Part shown: one piece after another, positions 26,801 to 34,697 of the stretch
Layout: each line of letters opens with the position of its first letter
How positions within the stretch are numbered: position 1 is the first letter of the stretch
IMG/VR virus record: IMGVR_UViG_3300006115_000009
Span: 14,903 to 78,902 of that record
DNA length: 64,000 nucleotides
Direction: 5' to 3' (one strand)
DNA from: a virus
Lineage: Duplodnaviria > Caudoviricetes
The notes under the pieces: model-generated
The model's database searches: none
Told to the model about the DNA's origin: nothing
Seen by the model: the letters and a program-made list of their open reading frames with translations, nothing else
Position numbers and translations under genes: made by a program

Positions 26801-27075
26801 CGAAAGGTCAGGCTGTTAAAGGGTACCTTTCCCCGCCCACCGCAACTCTCTAGCAGGGTTGCGGTGGGTCAGCCGCTTCTCTATTTTTTTGTGGCCGATA
26901 CCATCGCGCTCGCGCGATAGTTCAGGCATTTGCTAATGTGGTGTATCGCGCTGGCGCGAGGCGAATTTCAGGAAATTTCTGATATGGTTTGGGTATCGCG
27001 CCCGCGCGATTAGGGGGTCTATCCCCTACACTGGATACGTCGAGGGAAACGCCCCCGACAACGAAAGGAAAGAAT

Positions 27076-27804
27076 ATGCCGTATAACAACAACACAGGTC
27101 TGCCACTCGCACAGTGCTGGCAGGACTTCCACGATGTATTGGACGCCGGTATTAACAAGGTCGTTCTCTACGGCCCCCCCGGTACTGGCAAGACCTACGC
27201 CGGTCTCACCTACGGACTGGGTGACCGACCAGCGTTCCGTCTCCCTTGTACTGAGGATATGACGGACAGCGAGGTTCGTGGTGCTTGGATGCCCAGCGAG
27301 ACTGGTGCGTTTGTCTGGCACAACGGACAGGGTACTAGGGCGTGGGCTACCGGCGGTCGCTTGGTCGTGGACGAGGTAGACCGAGCCAGCGGTGACGTTC
27401 TGTCGCTTCTGCTTGCCTACACCGACAGCGAGGCTTCGGCTTCGGTGGACTTGCCTACCGGCGAGACTATCCGACCCTATGACGGCTTCTCGGCTATCCT
27501 GACTTCCAATATCGAAAGTCCTGATGACTTGCCGACAGCGTTGCGTGACCGCTTTCCGGTTGCCCTGAACATTAACGTTCCGCACCCCGAAGCGTTGATG
27601 ACGTTGCCCGAACACTTGCGGACTGTCGCTACGGCGGTAGTGTCTGCCGAGCCTCACCGCCGAGCGTCGTTGCGAGCGTTCTACGCCTACGACACGCTTA
27701 TCAAGGGCGGTCTGTCGCAAGAGCGTTCGGCAGAACTCACGTTCGGCAAGGTACGTGCCGAGGCGATTATCGAAGCACTGCGCTTCGGTCGCTTGGGAGC
27801 GTAG
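27076..27804 (+). CDS. MoxR/CobS-like AAA+ ATPase
   Basis: LYGPPGTGKT, VVDEVDRA, LTSN, ALRDRF; dyad 26995. Confidence 0.85.
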   Translation: MPYNNNTGLPLAQCWQDFHDVLDAGINKVVLYGPPGTGKTYAGLTYGLGDRPAFRLPCTEDMTDSEVRGAWMPSETGAFVWHNGQGTRAWATGGRLVVDEVDRASGDVLSLLLAYTDSEASASVDLPTGETIRPYDGFSAILTSNIESPDDLPTALRDRFPVALNINVPHPEALMTLPEHLRTVATAVVSAEPHRRASLRAFYAYDTLIKGGLSQERSAELTFGKVRAEAIIEALRFGRLGA

Positions 27805-27805
27805 T

Positions 27806-27821
27806 TGTTTCACGTGAAACA
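27806..27821. promoter_or_regulatory. parS: parS site (host ParB/Spo0J consensus)
   Basis: TGTTTCACGTGAAACA. Confidence 0.85.
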
Positions 27822-27963
27822 ATGGTCGGTAGGGGCGGTGGTAACACACCGCCCCTGCCTACCAGCCACCCAGCCCTAATCGCGCCCGCGCGATTTGGGG
27901 GGTTCTGGGCTACAATGGATACGTACCGGAAACGCCGGTACATCAGTGAAAGGGAATATCACT

Positions 27964-29400
27964 ATGGCAACAAAGAAGCAAGAGATAACTAACGTTATCT
28001 ATCCAGAGTTGGTGGAAGCACTGCGCAAGGACACCGAGGGAGTACAGACGTGGAAAGTCCGAGCCGGTGGCTCAAGCCGAGGGGAAGCCTTTACCGACTT
28101 CGGTACTCACACTATCCAAGTGCCGTTCGGCAACGAGGACGCGGTGCGGTTGGTGCGAGCGCACGAACTCGCTCACACTCGCATTAGCCCTACCGACCAC
28201 GAGGCGTTAGCAGAGTGGGCGGAGTTTAACGGAATATCTGACCGAGTATTATCTTGCGCCGAGGAGTGGCGAGTTAATGCCGTTGTCGGCAAACTTGGCT
28301 ACGACCTCGACCTACTTGCGGACGGCACAGAGAGCGCACTAGGCAAGCGTATTGCCGAGACCAATACGCCCGAAGCCTTTAACGAGATGGTGGCTTTCGG
28401 TGCTGGCTTGGTCGGTACTAAGGCGTTTAACGCCTACAAGCGTGGGGTGAACTCCGTGAACAAGGAGTGGGCTACTGTTCTGGGCGAGTTGTCGAAGCAG
28501 GTTAAGAAAGTTGTTAACAAGTACGATACTGTTCGCAATATCGGAGACACCGAGTTAATCCACTTTAAGTCGGACAGTGACACTACCTTGCCACGTGGCT
28601 TTATCAACTACACCGGCAAGGTGGCGGAGATTATCGCTAGTTTCCAGCGTCCTATCTCTCAGGACGAGAGCAAGGGGTCTAGTGGCGTGAACTACGACAC
28701 CGGCTTTCAGGCAGGTCAGTTCGCACCGCTAAAGGTGGACACAGTTCACCGCCCAGACAAGCAGGTTAAGGGTCACTTGGCTAAGAAGCGTATCTACTCG
28801 ACGAGTGGCAAGGCGGTTCGCAACGCCTCTCGCCTACTTACCGACCCCCAGAAGCGTATCTTTTCACGGAAAGTTCGTGCCAACGGCGGTATTGTTGTAA
28901 TCGACTTGTCTGGCTCAATGGATTTGTCTAGCGACCAACTCGACCAACTGCTCGACGCAAGCCCCGGTGCGCTGGTCGTGGGCTACACTCACGGCAAGAA
29001 AGTGGCTCACAAGCCTAACTTCTGGGTGCTGGCGGAGAAGGGCAAGCGTATTAGCGACTTGTCTAAGGTTGGTGGCAATATCGGCAACGGCGTGGACGGC
29101 CCAGCGTTGGAGTGGGCTATCGCTCACCGCCGAGGTAGCGAGCCGATTATCTGGGTCTGCGACGGACAGGTGACGGACAGTCAGGACAAGGCTTTCACGC
29201 TGGGTGCGTATCTCTGCGCTCAAATGATGATTAAGCACCGCATTATCCAACAGCCGACTGTTGAGGGTGCTATCAAGGTCTTGTCTAATCCCAGCAGTGC
29301 TAAGTCCGAATACGCTGGTCGTGTGTCGTACTTTATCCCAGCAAGTCGGAACTACAACGCTACCTACGTCGCTAAATACAAGGACGGCTACGCCGAGTAG
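27964..29400 (+). CDS. CobT-like partner: HExxH metallopeptidase-like N-terminus plus vWA domain
   Basis: RAHELAH; VVIDLSGSM MIDAS motif; follows the AAA+ gene; dyad 27879. Confidence 0.72.
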   Translation: MATKKQEITNVIYPELVEALRKDTEGVQTWKVRAGGSSRGEAFTDFGTHTIQVPFGNEDAVRLVRAHELAHTRISPTDHEALAEWAEFNGISDRVLSCAEEWRVNAVVGKLGYDLDLLADGTESALGKRIAETNTPEAFNEMVAFGAGLVGTKAFNAYKRGVNSVNKEWATVLGELSKQVKKVVNKYDTVRNIGDTELIHFKSDSDTTLPRGFINYTGKVAEIIASFQRPISQDESKGSSGVNYDTGFQAGQFAPLKVDTVHRPDKQVKGHLAKKRIYSTSGKAVRNASRLLTDPQKRIFSRKVRANGGIVVIDLSGSMDLSSDQLDQLLDASPGALVVGYTHGKKVAHKPNFWVLAEKGKRISDLSKVGGNIGNGVDGPALEWAIAHRRGSEPIIWVCDGQVTDSQDKAFTLGAYLCAQMMIKHRIIQQPTVEGAIKVLSNPSSAKSEYAGRVSYFIPASRNYNATYVAKYKDGYAE

Positions 29401-29940
29401 CACAAGGTCAGGAGATTAAAGGGTTCACCCTTTCCCCCGCCCCACTCACCGGCTTCGGCTGGTGGGTGGGGTTCTCCGCTTCCCCCATATCGCGCGGGCG
29501 CGATGAGTAATTCTAGAACTACCTAGTAATCGCGCTGGCGCGATGGCCACATATCGCGCATAAAAAACGCCTGGGCGCAGTAGGTCGAGGAGAAAGTTTC
29601 ATAAAATCTCTGTGACAGAAATGTATTTTTGACGACGTGGCCGACGTCGATGCCATCGCGCGGGCGCCATCACAACGTATCGCGTTAAAGAAACGCCCGG
29701 ATGTGGCCGCGAAGGGCCAGACGTTTACTGAAAATGCCTGTGAAAAAAGTGTATTTTAAACCTTATTAACTACTCATTAATGACAATAAGGTACATTAAG
29801 GGTTAGTTACTGTAGGGTTTGTGGCCTTAAAAGTACACATACGCGCGTGAAATCGCATTTAGACAGGCGAAAACGGCATACTTTTCTCCCCAAACATCAA
29901 TAATTGCTTGGAAGATGTAGGGGAAAGGTACTTTCCGGTA

Positions 29941-30240
29941 CTACTCTGGACGCAAGACAGCCAGAATGCCGTCCCACGTTACCGTTACGTAGTCTTTACC
30001 CTCTAACTGTATTCCATAAGCCTTAGCGTGGTCGAAGACAATCTCATCTCCTACCTGTACCGGGCTGGTGAGTACGTTGCCCTTGTCGTCCTTAGTGTCT
30101 GCCCCCACCGAAATTACGGTGGCGGTCTTTGGCAATGGTTGAGTGTGCTTAGGTAGGACGAAGCCGGACTCTGTTACCTTGTCCTCGTGGACCAATTCAA
30201 TAATGACTCGGCCCGGGGTGCTTTTAAACGTGTCGCTCAT
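29941..30240 (-). CDS. groES: co-chaperonin GroES
   Basis: GRVIIE...KVTESGFVLP...VISVG...VQVGDEIVF...GILAVL. Confidence 0.85.
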   Translation of the reverse strand: MSDTFKSTPGRVIIELVHEDKVTESGFVLPKHTQPLPKTATVISVGADTKDDKGNVLTSPVQVGDEIVFDHAKAYGIQLEGKDYVTVTWDGILAVLRPE

Positions 30241-30683
30241 AGACGACCGTTCTTCTTAGGGTCTACTCCATCGGTGAGGTCGAGGATGTAGTCGATTGCA
30301 TCCTGTACTCCTGCGAAGTATTCTCCGCTGCCTTCGTGCCTGTCCTGTAGTGACTGGAGGAGTTCGACTGTGTTCTCTAGGTCCTCGATACTGAAACGTG
30401 GTTGACGCCGCGGGTCCAAGGCGGTTTCGTTCCCCCCCAAAAATTTTTTGAAGGGCTCGATATCGAAGGTGTCAACCTCTTTTTGAATCTTCTGAAGCGC
30501 ACCGAGTTGCTCGACAACGCTGCGAATGCTCTCAACCTCGTCGTTAAAGTGAGCGAAGTTCTTGTTAACGTCGTCAAAGTTGGCGTTTACACCATCAAAT
30601 GCGGTGTGCAGGCTCTCGATAATGTTGTGGCAGACCGTTTCTAACTCGAGAACCTTGGCCTCTAGGCGCTTATTCTTCCTCAT
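30237..30683 (-). CDS. coiled-coil hypothetical protein
   Basis: 148 aa, operon-coupled. Confidence 0.6.
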   Translation of the reverse strand: MRKNKRLEAKVLELETVCHNIIESLHTAFDGVNANFDDVNKNFAHFNDEVESIRSVVEQLGALQKIQKEVDTFDIEPFKKFLGGNETALDPRRQPRFSIEDLENTVELLQSLQDRHEGSGEYFAGVQDAIDYILDLTDGVDPKKNGRL

Positions 30684-30876
30684 TGCTAATTCCTTCGCTC
30701 TGGTTTAGGTACTGCTGGATGAATTCGTCGAAGGCGGCCACAACTTCAACGCGGTGCTCGTTGTTTTCCGCGATGTTTTGGGCGTCAAAGCCTTCGATAA
30801 CTGCCGCCAAAGCGCCCAGAATGATGGACGACTCCTGTTTGGTGATGTGATAGACGTACTTTTCGTCTTGACTCAT
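30670..30876 (-). CDS. hypothetical protein
   Basis: 68 aa, coupled. Confidence 0.55.
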   Translation of the reverse strand: MSQDEKYVYHITKQESSIILGALAAVIEGFDAQNIAENNEHRVEVVAAFDEFIQQYLNQSEGISNEEE

Positions 30877-31058
30877 TGGAATAGTCCTGTCTGCTTGCGG
30901 ATTAAATTGCTGGTTGTTTTGTTTACTTCAAAAAGGCTCTTGGTAACCGGGTCAATCTTGTACTCGTCCATCTGGTCAAGCATTGTGCCGGTGGTCTCCA
31001 AAGACCCTAGGACCATCATAACTTGCTCGTGGTCCAAAGTAATGGTGTATTGAGTCAT
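30873..31058 (-). CDS. hypothetical protein
   Basis: 61 aa, coupled. Confidence 0.55.
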   Translation of the reverse strand: MTQYTITLDHEQVMMVLGSLETTGTMLDQMDEYKIDPVTKSLFEVNKTTSNLIRKQTGLFQ

Positions 31059-31060
31059 CG

Positions 31061-31204
31061 CTACTTCTTCCGACGAAGAACGGTCGCGACAAACTTACCC
31101 TTTTGGAAGTAGCCCTGCTTGACTCCCTTGCGCCACATTCGAATGAAATTCAGTAGCAACGCAATTGCTAAGGCTGGGAATAAGAACACTAACACTGCAC
31201 TCAT
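31061..31204 (-). CDS. 47 aa membrane peptide
   Basis: MSAVLVFLFPALAIALLLNF...; AGAGG RBS. Confidence 0.5.
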   Translation of the reverse strand: MSAVLVFLFPALAIALLLNFIRMWRKGVKQGYFQKGKFVATVLRRKK

Positions 31205-31417
31205 TGTTTCCTCTTTTCCGGGGATTTCCCCCGCCAAAAATGTTACCACTAATACGCCGTAAAAGTCAACTATCATGCCGACTTTTTGAAAGTACCATGA
31301 CATGCGCCGGTACCCCATAGCCCAGAAGTTATATTCCCTGGTCACAAGGGGTGCGCAAAAGTACCCGAAAAGTACCCGCAGGGTATACTTTGACGTACCT
31401 GCTACAATATTTTTGTA

Positions 31418-31491
31418 GCCCTTGTAACTCAGTTGGCCAGAGTACCACCCTTGTAATGTGGGAGTCGGCGGTTCGAATCCGTCCGGGGGCA
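31418..31491 (+). tRNA. trnT: tRNA-Thr(TGT)
   Basis: GCCCTTG/CGGGGGC acceptor, loop CTTGTAA, GTTCGAA; CCA not encoded. Confidence 0.85.
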
Positions 31492-31543
31492 CGTTTTAAG
31501 TTCTGGTAGTCAATGCCGGAGAGATGTGCGCACAACATTGACG

Positions 31544-31631
31544 GGAAGCGTGGCAGAGCGGCCGATTGCGTCAGTCTTGAAAACTGAAGGGTGTCATAGC
31601 CCCGTGAGTTCAAATCTCACCGCTTCCTCCA
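31544..31631 (+). tRNA. trnS: tRNA-Ser(TGA)
   Basis: GGAAGCG/CGCTTCC, TCAGT-CTTGAAA-ACTGA, long variable arm, CCA. Confidence 0.9.
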
Positions 31632-31632
31632 T

Positions 31633-31717
31633 GGAGTTGTGGCTGAGAGGCTAAAGGCACCGGTTTGCTAAACCGGCAGCGGTCCGCCGCTCGTAGGTTC
31701 GAATCCTACCAACTCCG
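31633..31717 (+). tRNA. trnS: tRNA-Ser(GCT)
   Basis: GGAGTTG/CAACTCC, CCGGT-TTGCTAA-ACCGG, long variable arm. Confidence 0.9.
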
Positions 31718-31735
31718 CCCAAATCTGTTAGGGAA

Positions 31736-31766
31736 ATACAAAACCCCCGGGCATGACTCCGGGGGT
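31736..31766. terminator. terminator between tRNA operon and convergent genes
   Basis: ACCCCCGG/CCGGGGGT stem with A-tract on the left (U-tract on minus strand). Confidence 0.6.
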
Positions 31767-31828
31767 CCTGTGGCGGGTTAGCCTCGAGGGTGCAACCTTG
31801 TACTCAACCTGTTGACGCAGAGGGCTCT

Positions 31829-31957
31829 CTAGTCTTTTGCACCGTCTAGAGGATTAATGCCAGTCGTTGTCAAGCCGCTGTAAATTATCTTAGCACATCC
31901 ATCGCGGTCGTGCCAAGTTCCCTCGGGAACCCACTCGCCGCAACTGGGGCACATCAT
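31829..31957 (-). CDS. 42 aa CxxC peptide
   Basis: MMCPSCGEWVPEGTWHDRDGCAK...; TAATG-coupled. Confidence 0.45.
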   Translation of the reverse strand: MMCPSCGEWVPEGTWHDRDGCAKIIYSGLTTTGINPLDGAKD

Positions 31958-32115
31958 TACTTGACGGCCTCAATCATAAACTTCATATCTTGAAGCGCCA
32001 TGGCGTAGCCACGCTCGTATGAATCCTTTGCGTGATTCTGCGAGCCCAACCGGCTCATTGACTCGCGCAGTGCGACTTCAATCCGTGACTCAACTAAGTT
32101 CAGTTTCCTGCCCAT
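31957..32115 (-). CDS. 52 aa hypothetical protein
   Basis: MGRKLNLVESRIEVALRESMSRLG...; AAAGGAG RBS. Confidence 0.55.
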   Translation of the reverse strand: MGRKLNLVESRIEVALRESMSRLGSQNHAKDSYERGYAMALQDMKFMIEAVK

Positions 32116-32693
32116 TTAACTATCTCCTTTATCGGTGTAATGCGATTTGCTGGCACTGCCATCCTACGCCTGTCGTTGTTGTACGGCGTGCCTAGGTGCC
32201 ACAGTTCGGCTGCGTTTCCCCCGCCCAAAATTCTGACAGTGGTGTGTTGGTGGCGCTTTGTCGGCGCACAATAGTTACACTCGCAACCATACGGCTCGCC
32301 AAGTTTACTCTCAACCCATAGAACAAGTCGGCCAGCCTCGGCGTCTTTTAGGTCAACCGGCATGTTCTTACCAGAACGTCGCCATTTAATCTCTAGTTCT
32401 CGTGAACTCCACAGGCCATCCGGCAGTTCGCTGTAAAGTGAGTGGTCCTCAGCGGGCCATACTCCGGAGTAACAATAAGCGCCTAATACCTTGCATGCCC
32501 CGATTTCGGCCGCTGCGGCGTGGATGTTGGCCAATCCGTTATCGGCCATAAGTTTGCTGGCATCATAAGAAACACGGTCAGACTTGCCTTCGTTCTGCTC
32601 CGTTCGACCGATGCCTACGCGCTTGGCAAGGTCGTCTTCCCAGGGAAGCAAGAACGTCCATAGCGATTCGTTTTGCAGGGCCTCTATATCCAC
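32100..32693 (-). CDS. hypothetical protein (possible nuclease-like fold)
   Basis: GTG start at 32693 preferred; LEIKWRR motif; upstream extension crosses a hairpin. Confidence 0.55.
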   Translation of the reverse strand: MDIEALQNESLWTFLLPWEDDLAKRVGIGRTEQNEGKSDRVSYDASKLMADNGLANIHAAAAEIGACKVLGAYCYSGVWPAEDHSLYSELPDGLWSSRELEIKWRRSGKNMPVDLKDAEAGRLVLWVESKLGEPYGCECNYCAPTKRHQHTTVRILGGGNAAELWHLGTPYNNDRRRMAVPANRITPIKEIVKWAGN

Positions 32694-32875
32694 GTTAATT
32701 ATCGTAACACAAACAGAAGACCCCCGCCACATTTCTGCGACGGGGGCTCTTCTGCGAAAGGAGGGCAATGCAAGATGAAGAACAGGTTGGTGGGCTCTTC
32801 GTTAAATAGTATAGCAACTGGAGTTGCGCCAATTCAACTATTTGCGCTAATATTTTTGAAGGAAAGGGGAAACAC

Positions 32876-33214
32876 GTGTTTCTTGTGAAGAAGATGGTTA
32901 AAGAGATGGACACGCTCGAGTTTGAGTTGTTGTTCCCGGACAAGATTGAAATGCTTTCGGGATACTATTTCGAGATGAACGAGGTCTTTAAGAACGGGAA
33001 TTGGGAGGGCGTCATCGTCATGCCCGACGGCAGAGAGATTGAGATGATTTACTTTGCCGACTCCGGGAAGACTAAGTACGAAAAGAACGATGCCTACTAC
33101 GACTTTGTTGAAGAGGCCAAGAAGATTTATCCGCTTGACAGTTGCGCCATTGACACCATGTCTGCGCTGCTGGTAATGATTTACTCCAACATTTGGGAAG
33201 AAGTTGAAGACTAA
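32876..33214 (+). CDS. acidic hypothetical protein
   Basis: 112 aa. Confidence 0.6.
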   Translation: MFLVKKMVKEMDTLEFELLFPDKIEMLSGYYFEMNEVFKNGNWEGVIVMPDGREIEMIYFADSGKTKYEKNDAYYDFVEEAKKIYPLDSCAIDTMSALLVMIYSNIWEEVED

Positions 33215-33693
33215 TGCACTTTTTCGAAACTGAGGGTAAATGGACTATTGCCCTTTACGAAAAAAGGTTTCGGGTCTATAACGAAATAGGCGTTTTCTTT
33301 GAGGAAAATAACGTTTTGCCGGAAGAGGCTTTTGAAGCCTTTAGCGAAATTGTTTCCGCGTCCCCGCCTTTTCAAGCAGTGGAATACTTGGCCGATTCGT
33401 TGCCGCTGGAAGAAGGCGAACGCACCCCAGAGTACGAGTTGCGTTTGATTGACCCTAACAGCAGGGTTGTGGCCACTGTTTTGTGGGACCACTCGGTTGT
33501 TAAGGAATGCCTGGACCATTACCTTGCCCTTGAAACAAAGCAGTACGACGTTAGGGCCAAGATAAGTTTGACGCTTGAGGAAGCAGAAATAGACCCAGAA
33601 TTGTGGGATTGGGAAACACTTGTTTTATCAGGTCGGGTTAAAGTATGCTTTGTAGAGGCGGAACTCGTACCGAAAGAAGAGGCCAGTGAATAG
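33214..33693 (+). CDS. acidic hypothetical protein
   Basis: 159 aa, TAATG-coupled. Confidence 0.6.
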   Translation: MHFFETEGKWTIALYEKRFRVYNEIGVFFEENNVLPEEAFEAFSEIVSASPPFQAVEYLADSLPLEEGERTPEYELRLIDPNSRVVATVLWDHSVVKECLDHYLALETKQYDVRAKISLTLEEAEIDPELWDWETLVLSGRVKVCFVEAELVPKEEASE

Positions 33694-33841
33694 ATTCATC
33701 TGCCCTAAGTGCAAACTTGTAGTAGATGCTATTGCAAGTTCCGCCGCTCACAAATGCCCATCCAACAAAAGTTTGATGACGGCGTTTGAATTGGCTGGCC
33801 CTGCACCATCAAAAAGAAAAAAAGAAGTAGACTAGATTCAG

Positions 33842-33875
33842 AGCGGGGTAGGCCCAGGAACGAACCTACCCCGCT
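33842..33875. terminator. terminator between convergent operons
   Basis: AGCGGGGTAGG/CCTACCCCGCT stem. Confidence 0.6.
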
Positions 33876-33878
33876 TTG

Positions 33879-34583
33879 TTAATCTACAACGTCGGCGTCA
33901 ATAACGCCAAGAGCCCAAGACGGCTCCATTGCTCCGCCTAGTTCGGACATTCGCTCAGCGAACATCCGTCGGGCTTGACTAATCTGACCTTCGGACAACT
34001 TAAGGTCCTTGCTAAGAATGATGGCCATAAACGCAGCGCCAACAAGATTGGCCTGATGTTCTTCAAGTTCAATCACTCGCTTGCGCAAGTCGTACTTCAG
34101 CATGAATTCGAGTGCGCCTTGATAACGCTCCCACGCACGCTCAACAATTTCAATCAGCGCGCGCACGTGTTCTACGCCGGCTTTGTCGGTCACCTCAAGA
34201 ATACCGTTGAGTTCGCCCAACTTTTGCTCAAGCGCAACAGACCACGCTTTCATCTTTGACGCAAGTTGAAGCGCCTCGATTTCTGGCGGCCCCAAAGGTT
34301 CCGGCTCACCAAGTTGCTCAGCAATGGTGGCCAGTTCTTTTTTCATAACTTTTTGGACAGCACCCTTGACGTGATTGGGCGCATTGCCAAAGTGCCACTT
34401 ACACGTACCCTCACCAAAGTGATTGGTGCCCATGCCGGCGGTCTTCACGCAATAGCGGTCAATGCCAAGTTCCTTGAGTTCCTTGTTGCGGAGTTTTGCT
34501 CCGCACTTGCCTTCTTGGGGTGATTCACTACCGGGGATTTTTGTTTCCGGATAGTGCTCAGCCCAAAGTTCTTCGTGAGTCAT
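33879..34583 (-). CDS. probable terminase small subunit
   Basis: KCGAK...YCVKTAG...GEGTCKWHFG (HGGxSTG-like zinc region) followed by helical region, as in actinophage TerS. Confidence 0.55.
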   Translation of the reverse strand: MTHEELWAEHYPETKIPGSESPQEGKCGAKLRNKELKELGIDRYCVKTAGMGTNHFGEGTCKWHFGNAPNHVKGAVQKVMKKELATIAEQLGEPEPLGPPEIEALQLASKMKAWSVALEQKLGELNGILEVTDKAGVEHVRALIEIVERAWERYQGALEFMLKYDLRKRVIELEEHQANLVGAAFMAIILSKDLKLSEGQISQARRMFAERMSELGGAMEPSWALGVIDADVVD

Positions 34584-34696
34584 TAGTCCCTCGGATTCAA
34601 ACGGAACTCAACAACCTTGCCGGTTCGGTCAATCTTGTCTTTTGAGTACTCCCAAATTTTGGGGGCCACAATTTCTTTGAAAAAAGATTTCTTCAT
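34583..34696 (-). CDS. 37 aa hypothetical protein
   Basis: MKKSFFKEIVAPKIWEYSKDK...; coupled. Confidence 0.4.
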   Translation of the reverse strand: MKKSFFKEIVAPKIWEYSKDKIDRTGKVVEFRLNPRD

Positions 34697-34697
34697 T

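Larger units (their letters stand above)
16829..29544. repeat. dispersed 16-bp dyad ATCGCGC-NN-GCGCGAT (30 perfect-arm copies)
   Basis: Starts at 16829, 17082, 17524, 18056, 18309, 18603, 18880, 19313, 19617, 19933, 20428, 20660, 21211, 21744, 21788, 22126, 22603, 22711, 23283, 23705, 24507, 24920, 25901, 26007, 26447, 26903, 26995, 27879, 29489, 29529; a one-mismatch copy at 17884 and several half sites. Confidence 0.95.

Noticed and set aside
16829-29544. Dyad array as a CRISPR array
   Set aside because: Spacing is 40-1600 bp and irregular, the intervals contain promoters and genes, the repeat is only 16 bp, and no cas genes are present
16829-29544. Dyads as integron attC sites
   Set aside because: No RYYYAAC/GTTRRRY core ends, much shorter than attC, and no tyrosine integrase in the window; only the cassette-like organisation is analogous
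31205-31613. ORFs 31061-31492 (extension) and 31329-31613
   Set aside because: Antisense to tRNA-Thr and tRNA-Ser genes
31770-31890. Possible pseudoknotted ncRNA (CTCTAG/CTAGAG stem, loop GGTGCA pairing with TGCACC) on the minus strand
   Set aside because: Mostly covered by a translationally coupled 42 aa CxxC ORF, and there is no covariation evidence from one sequence; an Infernal/Rfam search would be needed to revive it
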